A DNA stretch of 63,991 bases, filler included, from Octopus bimaculoides (Eukaryota): assembly GCF_001194135.2 (NCBI RefSeq). It is 7 parts of 5 records of this genome, joined end to end, with 100 filler letters (N's around TTAATTAATTAA, not from the genome) between each part and the next. Parts side by side here need not be neighbours in the genome. Positions count along the whole stretch, not along the records: positions 11,328 to 28,404 come from NC_068982.1; 6 more parts are not named here. One strand, given 5' to 3'. The notes below the pieces were generated by a model. That model was not told the DNA's origin and searched no databases. It was given only the letters and a program-made list of their open reading frames with translations. Shown here piece by piece: positions 11,328 through 24,084 of the stretch (the first letter of the stretch is position 1; each line of letters begins with the position of its first letter). A program made the position numbers and the translations under genes.

Positions 11328-11571
11328 GGCTTGTGCGGGTGGCACATAAAAGACACCATTTCGAGCGTGGCCGTTTTCGTGCGGGTGACACGTAAAAGCA
11401 CCCACTACACTCTCTGAGTGGTTGGCGTTAGGAAGGGCATCCAGCTGTAGAAACTCTGCCAAATCAGACTGGAGCCTGGTGTTGCCATCCGGTTTCACCA
11501 GTCCTCAGTCAAATCGTCCAACCCATGCTAGCATGGAAAGCGGACGTTAAACGATGATGATGATGATGATA
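11328..11571 (+). mobile_element. RTE 3'-end repeat, family B
   Basis: Consensus ending in (GAT)n. Confidence 0.85.
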
Positions 11572-11699
11572 TATATATAAGCATATATGCATGTATATAT
11601 ATAATGAAATGATAGTTTCACTATGTATATATTATATACATAGTGAAACTATTAATAGTGTAACTATTATCTCATATTACAAGAGAGTTGTTATTGTTT

Positions 11700-11910
11700 C
11701 ACTTTTGACACATAATACCAAAACAGTCTAAGACATTGCTCCGAGCTTGCATTAGGCAAGAAGCTGAAACATTTCTGGTCGCATGACACTCCATGGGTCG
11801 TAAGGAGTGCATATGTAAAATTTGAATGACATCGGTTGGGTTTTTCCCGAGTTTTAGTGATGCACACATACAGACAGACAGACATTCTCAGTTTTATATA
11901 TATATAGATA
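11700..11910 (+). mobile_element. Non-autonomous Helitron/Helentron-like repeat end
   Basis: AAAATTTGAATGACATCGGTT...CGAGTTTTAG...(ACAG)n...TTTTATATATATAGAT; homologous to 30348-30460. Confidence 0.45.
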
Positions 11911-13449
11911 TATATACGAAGGTAATGATGTAGCTAAAGTTTATCGTTCTTATCACTATTTTCTAAATGTATTTCTATGAAATAAATATATATTGTGTCT
12001 TCAAAAGATGCAAAATTAACTTGATGTAGTAAACAAAAATTTCCTTACCAGGTTTTTGATTTTCCTTTACTATTATTTGTTGAGGCAATTTACTGCAAGC
12101 AGCTGATATAAAAAAAAATTATTTATACTGAAGTATTTGGTATGGCATATGAAGCATTGGTTGAAACAATAAAATAGAAAGGAATAGAAATAGAAAGCAG
12201 TATAATTTTTTTATGATCAAATCTATAATAAACTATTTACTGTAGTTTGCTTAAAAGGTAAATGTACCATATACACTAGCAACAAACAGAAAGTTTGATT
12301 CTCTTTGATCATTTTTGTTCCTTTCAATTTAGATATATAGAACTGCAATATTTTTGTAGTTTAAAACAAGCAGAAGTTAAACAAAAAAAAATGACATGAA
12401 ACTGAAATTAAAACTCAATTTGAAATTCAATTTAATAAAAATTCAAATATTGATGTTCAGATTTGGATCTATTTTCAATTCAAATTTTTGATTTTTACTT
12501 TTTACTTTCTTAATGTAAAATCTCAAAATTCCAATTTCTGTTTCTCAATGGGAACAATTTTTACAAACAGTAATCAATATTTTTATTTCTTGTATATACA
12601 AACTAGAAATGCAAGATAAAATTCCCATAGACTAGAATTAAGATGGCACAAATTTCAGATATAGATAGCTCATTTAGCTGACTGTATTCTTTACACCTAC
12701 GATTTCTAACTATAGATGGATGCCACCAGATTTGAAGCACATTACAAGGAAAACGTTTTTAGTAGTGACCCTCTTATGAGGTCAATATGTGCATTTTTAA
12801 CAACAAATCATTCAATATGCTGGTGTTTTTATGCTGCTTTACTTCAAGTTTCATACTTAATACAGGATGGATAAAGCAAAACAGAAAGGAAATTTCATAA
12901 TCAAATATTGGTTATATTATTTAACCTATAACAGGAAATTGTTATTGCTGATTTGCTTTCTTTAATCTACTCCATTTCTTAAAGGATCAGTCAATTAATT
13001 CTCTAGCTGTAAGAAGCTTGTTGTTTATTCTGAGCATGAAGACCTAAGATTATATTTCACCTCCAATAGTATGTATGTAAAAGAAAATGTTGCTGCAATA
13101 CTGACAGTTCAAATGGCTACATGGATGGTCACTTGCTGGTTTGACTTTTACTAAATAGAATTTAGCTTGCAGATTATTATATTAAGCCCAAATAAAATGT
13201 ATTTTGTGTATCTACCTCCAACTATTTCAGTCTTTTTTTTTTTTTTAAATTCATAACAGAGGGCTACAACTGAGTTAGAGATCAGATTAGATAATTAGTG
13301 GATGCATTGGCAGAAGAATAAACTGAGCTAAATTTTTATAATAACTAAGTAAACTTTTTACTGTGTTATACGGGTTTTAAATATGAGCAGACAGACAGAT
13401 ATCCACAATTATATATAAACACGGGCAGATATCCACAACTATAAACATG

Positions 13450-13483
<34 letters not shown>

Positions 13484-13639
13484 ATTGCCAGAGAAAAGGA
13501 AAAAACAGAGTAGGGAAAATTATGTAACAATATTTAATGGCAACGAAACATTGTATCAAAGTATTAAAACGAGAGAAGGAAGAGGGAGAGATAAAAAAAG
13601 ATGATAAAGATTGTTAAGAAATTAGACGTATACATACAC

Positions 13640-13682
<43 letters not shown>

Positions 13683-13799
13683 NNNNNNNNNNNNNNTATA
13701 TACATAATTATGTGAATATATACATAATTATGTGAATATATACATAATTATGTGAATATATACATGCATATACACATGCTAAAAATTGGGTATAAAAGA

Positions 13800-13890
13800 T
13801 ATCAGATGTAGCGTGCAAGAGCGAAGACTGTGCTGGTCTGGTCATGTGACGTGTATGGATGAAGAGAGCTGCATAAAGCTGGTGGTTGAT
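13800..13890 (+). mobile_element. RTE C-terminal fragment
   Basis: ERRLCWSGHVTCMDEESCIK; homologous to 28250-28320. Confidence 0.7.
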
Positions 13891-14259
13891 GACTACTGAT
13901 ACAGGCAAATTATTGTAGATGTTGAACCTCACAGAGGTGATTACGAAGGAGTGAGATGATAGGCAATTTACTTGATTATTGATTGATTATTATTAAAGAA
14001 GTTAAAATCTTCATTACTGTACTTTCAACTGTGCCAAGCATCACCAACAAACCAATGAAAAAGGTGGAAAGTATCTTGCACAATATTTTGTTACTGAAAC
14101 AAAAGTAGAAAAAGAGATAAAATATTATTTCATGTATTTTTCATTTTGAATTTTATTTCATTGTTTTTTTTTTTTTCATAATATTTCAAAATGTCAAGAA
14201 ATTCTGCAGCTATATTATATATATCACAGTATTTAGTCAAATTGAAATAAGTTCTTTCC

Positions 14260-14632
14260 TTTTATTCTTTATTAGAAATATCCATCAAAATGTGATTAAC
14301 TTTGTTGCCTTTGGGCAATATTTTCCCGAAATGAACATTTCTAGACTTCCTCAAAACATCTGAGCTCCATGACAGGAAATATTAATTCCCCTTATCAAAG
14401 CATCTTTCATATTTCAAACGACTGTAACTGATGTTCTCCTTCAACTTGGGAAACAACCAAAACTCACAGGGAGAAAGGTCTGGACTGTAAGGAAGGTGAG
14501 GAACAGCTTTGATGCCCATCTCTGTCAACTTGTTGATTATCAGCGGGAGAGAGAGAGAGATCAGATGAATGAAGACAGAAACAGGTGCACTGCCGCAAAG
14601 GAAATACATGGTTACCAACCTGAGGGAAGTGC

Positions 14633-14698
<66 letters not shown>

Positions 14699-15040
14699 AA
14701 GTGAGAAAGAGCAGGATAGGGATGGTGGCAAAGTTTCAGGTATATTCACAAGGGACGGGGATCAGAATATAAATGGAATGGTTGAGTAAAGGAATAATAC
14801 ACAAAATTATTCATGAAGATCTGAACATGCTCAAAATTTGTGCAAAATTTCTTCCCAGAATGCTCAGTGATGAGCATCCTGGTAATCAACAAGTTGACAG
14901 AGACGGCCATCAAAACTGTTCCTCACCCTCCTCACAGTTCAGACCTTTCTTCCTGTGATTTTTGGTTGTTTCCAAAGTTGAAGGAGAACATCAAGGACAG
15001 TCGTTTGAAAGATGAAGGATGCTGTGACAAGAGTCTTCTT
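14260..15040. mobile_element. Mariner remnants in inverted orientation around (GA)n
   Basis: Minus strand PHLPYSPDLSPCEFWLFPKLKE (about 14395-14530); plus strand IIHEDLNMLKICAKFLPR and PHPPHSSDLSSCDFWLFPKLKE (14790-15035). Confidence 0.85.
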
Positions 15041-15096
15041 TAATATTTTAACACACTTTTTAAAAAATATAAAATTGCAAACAAACAAATAATCTA

Positions 15097-15159
15097 CGCA
15101 ATGGATAACGCATCTGACTACGGATCAGAAGATTCCAGGTTCGAATCCTGGTGAGCTCG
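15097..15159 (+). pseudogene. tRNA-Arg(ACG) pseudogene lacking the 5' acceptor strand
   Basis: CGCAATGGATAACGCATCTGACT ACG GATCAGAAGATTCCAGGTTCGAATCCTGGTGAGCTCG; anticodon at 15120-15122; the upstream 10 nt cannot pair with the 3' acceptor strand. Confidence 0.85.
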
Positions 15160-15171
15160 CAACTTACTTTT

Positions 15172-15580
15172 AGGTGTAGGAGTGGCTGTGTGGTAAGTAG
15201 CTTGCTTACCAACCACATGGTCCCGGGTTCAGTCCCACTGTGTGGCATCTTGGGCAAGTGTCTTCTACTATAGCCTCGGGCCAACCAAAGCCTTGTGAGT
15301 GGATTTGGTAGACAGAAACTGAAAGAAGCCTGTCGTATATATGTATATATATATATGTATGTGTGTTTGTGTGTCTGTGTTTGTCCCCCCCCCCATCATC
15401 GCTTGACAACCGATGCTAGTGTGTTTACGTCCCCGTAACTTAGCAGTTCGGCAAAAAGAGACTGATAGAATAAGTACTAGGCTTCCAGAGAATAAGTCCT
15501 GGGGTCGATTTGCTCAACTAAAGGCGGTGCTCCAGCATGGCCACAGTCAAAAGACTGAAACAAGTAAAAGAGTAAAAGAG
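15172..15580 (+). mobile_element. tRNA-derived SINE, family A, full length
   Basis: GGAGTGGCTGTGTGGTAAG (A box) ... GGGTTCAGTCCC (B box), central TA/TG microsatellite, (GTAAAAGA) tail. Confidence 0.9.
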
Positions 15581-15849
15581 TATACACCTAAGCACACAAT
15601 CACACATACACATAACATACCACACAAAACCAGAACTGATTTTACCTTCTTTAAAACACCTTCCTACCTTCTTGACCTTTATAAATCCAATAGAAGATCA
15701 ACCCTGCTCAACTGATCATCTCTTTTTTTACCAACTCACTTTTCCATCACTAACTTTTTACTTTATTCTTCAGAATTTTAACTTCCACCAAAGAAGAATC
15801 AAAAGAAAACATCAAAAAACTGAAACTATGAAATGAATTTTTCTTGGAG

Positions 15850-16538
15850 TTATGAACACAGACTCAAGAAATGAGATATAATGTATCTTAGAATGGAGTT
15901 TAGACTCAAGAAGTGTGGTACAATGTACCTGAAAAGAGGCTAGGTACAGTCCCTAGCAGGGATAGAATTACCTAATGGAGAACAGATTAAACAAATTAAA
16001 AAGGAAGATTACAGACACCTTGGCATACTAGAATTCAATGAGATAATGGAGAAGGAAATGAAAGAGCAACTGAAGATGGAATATTTCCAAAGATTGAGAT
16101 TGGTGTTGTGCTCAAAATTGACCAGATAGAATAAAATACAGTTTAGGTGATATATAAAGAATACTGTGGAACTATAGTTGAAACATGTGAAGAAAGCCAG
16201 CATCATTAAAACAGATAATTGTGTAAAGAAAAACAATTTAAAGAGGAAAAGAACACAAAAAAAGAAACAGCATAGAAGAGAAAAAAAGTGTATGGTCAGT
16301 TAGCTAGAGATACAAACGCCAAGACAGATATTGAAGACTGGTGGTTATGGATGCAGAGGAGTGACCTTAAGACAGAGACAGATGCACAAGAACAAGCGTT
16401 AAAGATAAACAACGCGAAGTGCAGAATTGGCAACACAACTGAGAATGACAAATGCAGAATGTGTGGTGAGAGGAGTGAAATGGTATGGCACATTGTTAGT
16501 GAATTCTCAAAATTGGCACAACACGAATATAGAAGACG
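15850..16538 (+). mobile_element. R4/Dong-type non-LTR element, post-RT segment with CCHC zinc knuckle
   Basis: KKCGTMYLKRG...YRHLGILE...QEQALKINNAK...KCRMCGERSEMVWHIVSEFSKLAQHEYRRR. Confidence 0.8.
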
Positions 16539-17675
16539 GTTCAATGATGGGCCTTTCTTCCCACATCGGTAACCCATCTTAACTATCCTAAGTGTCATTG
16601 TTATGGGTATTAGTGCAATTACAAATAGTAATAGAGAAAATGAGTCACCTTGGAAGATTCCCCTTTTCATATCAACTTCTCCAAGGAAAACATCACTTGA
16701 ATACAATTTGGATTTCCATTCCTTCATGCTATGCATCAGAAAGTTTGTGATGTTGTCAGCAACACCAAACATATGCAGGTATTCAACGATCCAAGAATGA
16801 GGCATCATATCATATGACTTCTTAAAGTCAATCCAAGCCATAACCATGTTTGTATGATGTTTTTTACAATGCCTCAAAACTGTTTTATCGATGACCAGGT
16901 GATCCTTTGTACCCTGAGAACTCTTCCTACATCCTTTTTGTGCCCTTGGTAGTATTTCTTCCTGTGCCAGGAAAGTATACGTCTTTGCTGTACATATTCC
17001 AGTAAGTATCTTCCAGATTATGCTCAGGCATGCTATGGGACAGTAGATTCCCCACCATATTCCCCTTTCTTCTATTTTTTATTATAAATGTTATTCTCCC
17101 AGTCACCATCCACGTGGGGACTGCACCTTTCTGGACACACTCATTTAATTGGGCTGCTAGTCTTTCATACACTGTGTGGCATCTCTTCAGCCAAAAGCCA
17201 TGAATTCCATCTGGTCCAAGGGCTTTCCAGTTAGACACTTTACCTACTTGTTCTTTCACATCACCCGTGCTTATGATAATATTCCTTTGTTTCTTTCCTC
17301 CTTGTAATTTTGTCTTGAGAGTTCCTAGCCACATTACATCCCTTCTAGGCACTACATTGTTTCCCCATAATCCGCTCCGGAACTCCTTGGCTTGATTTAC
17401 ATCGGGAGCAACATTTTTCCCATTGTCTCCTTCTACCATTCAGTAGAATTGCTTTGGGTTATTTTTGAACAATCTGTTCTTGAAGTGCTTATTTCTGTTC
17501 ACAAATCTTCTGATCTTCTGGCTTTTTGCCATGATCCTCTATTTTAACTGCTCTATTACTACATCAAACATGTTCTTCTTTATTTTATATTTCTTCTCTA
17601 ATTTTTCTCAGCCTTTTTTCCATTTTCCAGTTTCTTCTTAACCCTTGCTCAATTTTTCCTAAATCTTGCCTTGCC
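16539..17675 (-). mobile_element. R4/Dong-type non-LTR element, N-terminus and RT
   Basis: NWKALGPDGIHGFWLK...AWIDFKKSYDMMPHSWI...KRGIFQGDSFSLLLF...LNRLLY; 5' junction on a (TAA)n array. Confidence 0.88.
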
Positions 17676-17748
17676 TTATTATTATTATTATCATCATTAT
17701 TATTATTGTTGTTGTTGTTGTTGTTTATCATTATTATAATTATATTAC
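17676..17748. repeat. (TTA)n/(TTG)n microsatellite
   Basis: Compound trinucleotide array between two diverging R4/Dong copies. Confidence 0.9.
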
Positions 17749-17899
17749 ATATGAACAACTGATTAAACCAGTGGAAATGAAAAATTTCTAACAGGCTACA
17801 ACAAGTAGCCTTAGATGCCAAGAACCTTTCTAAGTATCCTAGTTGTCTTTAATAACACTTTTTTTTGGAGCTGCACTAAACTAAGTTTTTATGTCTATT

Positions 17900-19030
17900 T
17901 CCTCATGGAAATACCATCAAGAAATAGATTAACACGGAAGAGTTGCCACAGAGTTGAAACAATGTAGCAAGGATTTTTTCCAGATATCAGAAAAGAATAG
18001 ATCAGTATCAACAGAAAAAATTGTTTGAGACACACCAGAGGAAATTTTATCAGCAAATAAATAGTGGAGAAGAAACTACTGAGAAACCTAATGCAGAAGC
18101 TGGAAATTCTGAAGTAATATTTGAGATAAGCCAGTCAGTCATAATGGAAATGAAGCATGGTTCAAGAAAGTAAAGGAAGAAGCCATTAACCAGAGCATTA
18201 ATAAGTAAAGCATTAGGGAAAATGCTGAATTGGAAGGGCCTGGGACCGAATTTAGTTCAAGGCTACTGGTTAAAGAAATTTGGTAACTTACATGGGACTC
18301 TGAGAGAATAACTTCAGGATTGCCTAAATGAAGGAGTAATACCAGACTGAATGACGAGAAGAACAATTCTCCTTATGAAAGACAAAAGCAAGGGCAATGT
18401 AGCTAGTAGTAATAGACCAATCATTTGCTTACCATAATGTGGAAACTTTTAACAGGAAAGCTCTCAGAAAGCATTCATAAGCACCTTGTCAGCCAAAATT
18501 TGCTACCAGAGAAACAGAAAGATTGAAGGCTAGAGGAACTCATGATCTATTATACGTAGACAAAGCAGTTCTAAAAGAAGTGAAATCTAGAAAGAAAAAT
18601 TTAACAATAGCATGGATATATTATAAGAAAGCCTGTGACATGATTCTACACTCATGGATTGGGGAATGTTTGAATATATTTAGTATTGCAGACAACATAA
18701 GAAAATTAATTAGCTATAGCATGAAGAAGTGGAAAGTAGATCTCTACTTAAGGAAATTTAATATCAAGAGAGGAATTTTCCAAGGTGACTCATTATCCCT
18801 TTTAATATTAGTATCATATTTAATCTCCCTCAGTTTAGTATCAAGGAAGGCAAAGGAAGGGTTTTAATTTAGAGATAGTAAAGGAAAAATTAATCATTTG
18901 CACTACATGGATGATCTAAATCATTTTAGTAAGAATAGAAAACAGATAGATTCCTTAATACAAACTGTAAGACAATTCAGCTAAAAATAGACTTGGAATT
19001 TGGCATAGATAAGTGCGTAATATTAGTTAT
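17900..19030 (+). mobile_element. Second R4/Dong-type RT copy, degenerate
   Basis: KLFETHQRKFYQ...NWKGLGP...RPIIC...AWIYYKKACD...KRGIFQGDSLS...HLHYMDDL, with frameshifts. Confidence 0.85.
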
Positions 19031-19033
19031 ATG

Positions 19034-19472
19034 TTCTTTTATTCTTTTATTTGTTTCAGTCATTTGATTGTGGCCATGCTGGAGCACTGCCTTTAGTCGA
19101 ACAAATCAACCCCAGGACTTATTCTTTGTAAGCCTAGTACTTATTCTATCAGTCTCTTTTGCCAAACTGCTAAGTTACAGGGATGTAAACACACCAACAT
19201 CAGTTGTCAAGCGATGGTGGGGGGACAAACACAGACAAACAAACATATACAGATATATATATATATATATTTACGACGGGCTTCTTTCAGTTTCTGTCTA
19301 CCAAATCTACTCACAAGGCTTTGGTCAGCCTGAGGCTATAGTAGAAGACACTTGCCCAAGATGTCATGCAGTGGAACTGAACCTGGAACCATGTGGTAGG
19401 TAAGCAAGCTACATACCACACAGCCACTCCTGCACCTATGCCACTCCTGCACCTATGCTACTCCTGTGCCTA
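19034..19472 (-). mobile_element. SINE family A, full length, 5' end triplicated
   Basis: Reverse complement of 15172-15580; CCACTCCTGCACCTATG-like 17-mer x3 at the 5' end. Confidence 0.9.
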
Positions 19473-19996
19473 TATGTATGGGCGTGTGTGTGTGTGTGTA
19501 TACTGGGTCATCCATAAATAATGTGGTTGCTTCAATTGCATGAACTTAAAGTTGGATGGCTATTCCATCATCAGAGACAAGGTATGAATATTTAAGATGG
19601 GAAAAATTTACAGATTACAAGGAATTAAAATCACAGTTTATAAAGAATAACATAGAATAATACAAAGTAAAAGTAGTTAGAAGAATAATTTTCTTGCCTA
19701 TATTCTTCTAACTACTTTTACTGTATATTATTCTATTTTGACTCCTTTATTTTTCTGTTTTATTCCTTATAAACTATCAATTTCATTCCTTGTAATCTGT
19801 AAATTTTCCCCATCTAAATATTCATACTTTGTCTCTGATGACAGAATACCCAGTGCATGGACATGCTAACCAACCACTAGGGTTATCTCAGAAATGGCTA
19901 TAAGACTTTAAATTACCCTAATTAAATTATTCTAAATGACCTGAGATACTCGTTCAGTCTTGGTTTTGATTTTTCTTCTCATATAATATAATATAA

Positions 19997-20615
19997 ATAT
20001 GCTTTCGGTATGAATGGTTTATTTATATGACACCATTTTTACAATCCTGTAAATAATAATAATAGTATTTTTATATAAGCTCAAATAAGCTTATATAAGC
20101 TTAAAGCTTATGGTGATCACCATGTAATGACTAAGGAAAACAGTCTAATAAAGGGGCATGTAAGCCATCGACAGAAAAAAGAAGGCTTTCCTATCCGCAA
20201 GGGAGTTGAACCCACATCCCTTTGTTAACGTGACTAAGTCAGTGCACGGTGATCATCATAAGCTTTAAGCTTATATACAAATACCATCATTAGTATTTAC
20301 AGAATTGTAAAAATGGCGCCGTATAAAAAAAAACCATTCACACCGAAAGCATATAGAAAGTTTGTTTACATATATATAAAAAAACAAACAAACAAACACG
20401 AACTATTGTAGTTCTTAAATTTGACAGGAAAAGGTCGGCTGATTCGTTGATGTAAAAGTAACACAGTCGCATTGACAAAGAGATGTGGGTTTGACTCTCA
20501 CACAGTTAGGAAAGCCTTCTTTTTCCTGAGGGTTTATATGTCCCTTTATTAGACTATTTTCCTTAGTTATTGCACAGTGATCACCATAAGCTTTAAGCTT
20601 ATATAAAAATACCGT
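19997..20615. repeat. Fold-back cluster of a SINE-like repeat (three arm copies)
   Basis: Arms 19997-20122 and 20247-20354 are inverted; 20455-20615 is the reverse complement of about 20075-20235; B-box-like GGTTCAACTC/GGTTTGACTC. Confidence 0.8.
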
Positions 20616-21181
20616 TTTATATATATATATATATNNNNNNNNNNNNNNNNNNNNNNNNNNNNNNNNNNNNNNNNNNNNNNNNNNNNNNNNNNNNNNNNNN
20701 NNNNNNNNNNNNNNNNNNNNNNNNNNNNNNNNNNNNNNNNNNNNNNNNNNNNNNNNNNNNNNNNNNNNNNNNNNNNNNNNNNNNNNNNNNNNNNNNNNNN
20801 NNNNNNNNNNNNNNNNNNNNNNNNNNNNNNNNNNNNNNNNNNNNNNNNNNNNNNNNNNNNNNNNNNNNNNNNNNNNNNNNNNNNNNNNNNNNNNNNNNNN
20901 NNNNNNNNNNNNNNNNNNNNNNNNNNNNNNNNNNNNNNNNNNNNNNNNNNNNNNNNNNNNNNNNNNNNNNNNNNNNNNNNNNNNNNNNNNNNNNNNNNNN
21001 NNNNNNNNNNNNNNNNNNNNNNNNNNNNNNNNNNNNNNNNNNNNNNNNNNNNNNNNNNNNNNNNNGTTACTCATAAGCAAAACTCTGAGTAGCAAGAGAC
21101 TGACTTAACAACAGTTAAAATATTAAACTTTACTATGGTATTGAGTAATCTTTTTTCCAACAGTCAAGACTAAACTGATAG

Positions 21182-21236
<55 letters not shown>

Positions 21237-22274
21237 TTTACAATTGTATACATATCTAATACACTTACATGTGTATGCATGCGTATGTATGTGTGAGCAG
21301 ACCTGGGTTTATATATCTGTGTTTCCAATTATATGTAAAAACTCACACATTAAAATACATGCTACACATAACTACACACAGTATTGTGTATAAAGAAAAT
21401 AAAAAAATCCATGATATCATTCTTAAACAGAGCTTACCTTATTAAAAGATCCATTTAAAATCCTATGATGTAAAGAGGTAAGACTTCATAAGTTAAAATG
21501 GCAAATGTTTTAAAAATTCACCTTTGTTTATTATGCACCCAGAGATTAATGAACCAACAATTTTATCTTGAGATAACAATTGTTACACTATCACATAGCT
21601 ATGTAACACTGCAAACCTCTTATATCAGCAGCAGTGAAGCTAGTGCAGAGAATATAAAATTGTAAATTTGGAACAAATATCACAAAGAATTTTGTCTGAC
21701 ATTCTAATGAATCTGTCAATCCAACACCCTTGATTAATTCTAATATGAGTTAGATTTGTCAAAATCCATTCATTGTACTTTGCAACCTCAAGAATGACAT
21801 GCCCTATATACTCCAGTCCACTTGAATCAGAATGATAATGAAGGGACTTTGTCAAACCTCTCTGATTGAGTGAGTGATTGAACATTTAATCAAACAATTG
21901 ATTAGTTAACTGGTTAAATAGTTAGCCAATTAACAAATATAAACAAAGAAGTGAAATACAAACAGTACTTATTATTAGCACCATGACCCTCCAAAGATAC
22001 AGCATAACATGTTTCAACACATGACTTCACATCAAGAATCTTGCAAACTAAAACAAAATTAATCGAAAATATATCAACACTATTCAAATCGAAGTTCTAA
22101 TATTATGTTGAAATGAAACTATAACTTCTAAATAATTTAGTGTTAAATAAGTTATCTATTAAAAATAATCTATAAAGAACAAATGAGTAATATAAAAAAC
22201 AAGAATACATATTATTTTCAAATAGTAGAAAATCTTTAGCAAAGTGAAAAACAGTACTTATCCAATTTTTTCCG

Positions 22275-22347
<73 letters not shown>

Positions 22348-22357
22348 ATATATATAT

Positions 22358-22660
22358 ATCATCATCATCATCATCATCGTTTAACGTCCGCTTTCCATGC
22401 TAGCATGGGTTGGACGATTTGACTGAGGACTGGTGAAACCGGATGCCTACACCAGGCTCCAATCTGATTTGGCAGAGTTTCTACAGCTGGATGCCCTTCC
22501 TAACGCCAACCACTCAGTGAGTGTAGTGGGTGCTTTTACATGCCACCCGCACGAGGCCAGTCAGGCGGTACTGGCAACGGCCACGCTCAAATGGTGTATT
22601 TTATGTGCCACCCACACAAGAGCCAGTCCAGGGGCACTGGCAACGATCTTGCTCGAAAGT
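22358..22660 (-). mobile_element. RTE 3'-end repeat, family B
   Basis: Consensus match, abutting (TA)n. Confidence 0.88.
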
Positions 22661-23046
22661 CCATTACATTTATATCATTGAAATTTAGAAGCAGGAAGAT
22701 AATGCATGACTAATTCAAAACAATGTGAATAAATGAGCATTATGCTTTACAGAATATTCTGAATGCTAAACGGTTAATGCTGACAGATAGCAAACAGGAG
22801 GGAAAGAAAACAAACTGTATAGTGTAGATATGTTATTGTGCAGTGAAATGGAGAAAAAAAAAAAGGAAAATAATTAGAGTCAATGATTGATTCTGAGGAA
22901 GAAAACCAAAGGATACAACTCTGAAGTTGAAATTTATTAAACATCTAAAGTTCAGATTATTCTGTCAAATGTAATGCTCATTTATCCACATTGTTTTGAA
23001 TTAATAAGGTATTATCTTGCAGCTTTGAGAATTTTGATGACATCAG

Positions 23047-23190
23047 GTTGGAGCCTGGTGTAGCCATCTGGTTTCACCAGTCCTCAGTCAAATCGTCCAA
23101 CCCATGCTAGCATGGAAAGCAGACGTTAAACGACGACGACGACAACGACGACGACGACGACGATGACGACGACGACGACGACGACGACGA
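23047..23190 (+). mobile_element. RTE 3'-end repeat, family B, (GAC)n tail
   Basis: Consensus match. Confidence 0.85.
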
Positions 23191-23437
23191 TTGTATATTT
23201 TAAGAACGATGTTTTAGGGTAGGTGCGAGAGGCTGAATCTGGGCAGTTTGAACATAAAACAAGTCGAACGGTAAAGTCTGATCTTTGGCTAATGTGGTGA
23301 TAACTATGGATGTTTCAGTTTGATTAGACCTCCTCAGAGAAGCATAGTCTTAACATTATCAACCAGATCCTGGATGACAGAGAGATATGAAGACTTTTTT
23401 TTATATGTAATGATATAAGCTTTCAGACATTAAACTC

Positions 23438-23514
<77 letters not shown>

Positions 23515-24084
23515 ACTCCCTAACAATGGAAGGAACTGGTGGATGATGGAGACCCACGAAAACATAGGATGAGGTGGTGAAGCATGAGCTTTCGAACACT
23601 GGGCCTCACAGAGGCAATGACAAAAGACCGAGACTTCTGGAGATATGCTGTGACTGAGAAAATCCAGCAAGTAAAGTGAGATCACAGCTGTAGCCTACAC
23701 CAGTGTCACATAATCAGCCCACTTAAAAAATACCTTTAGATCGTCAGGTGACATGCCATTCTTCAGGGGCCCTATTGAGTCAAGTAAATCAAAATCAAAA
23801 TCAGATCAAATCACAATCAAACGGAAATTGTAGTTGTGGCCAATGCCAATGCTACATAAAAAGCACCATCGAAACATGGCTAATGCCAGTGCTGCCTGAC
23901 TGGCTCCCATGCAGGTGGCATGTAAAAAAGCGCCCACTACACTCTCAGAATGGTTGGCGTTAGAAAGGGCATCCAGCTGTAGGAACATTGCCAGATTAGA
24001 CTGAAGCCTGGTGTAGCCTCCTGACTTGCCACTCCCCAGTCAAACTGTCCAACCCATGCCAGCATGGAAAACGGACATTAAAAA

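Noticed and set aside
12716-12780. Possible small exon MDATRFEAHYKENVFSSDPLM
   Set aside because: Splice sites are plausible but weak, and it does not match the missing THYN1 C-terminus.
13698-13762. 20-bp tandem repeat x3 containing the palindrome ACATAATTATGT
   Set aside because: A simple slippage product beside (TA)n and a gap, possibly an assembly effect.
16296-16877. 193-aa ORF as a novel RT fusion protein
   Set aside because: It reads across the inversion breakpoint into antisense sequence, so it is a chimeric artefact.
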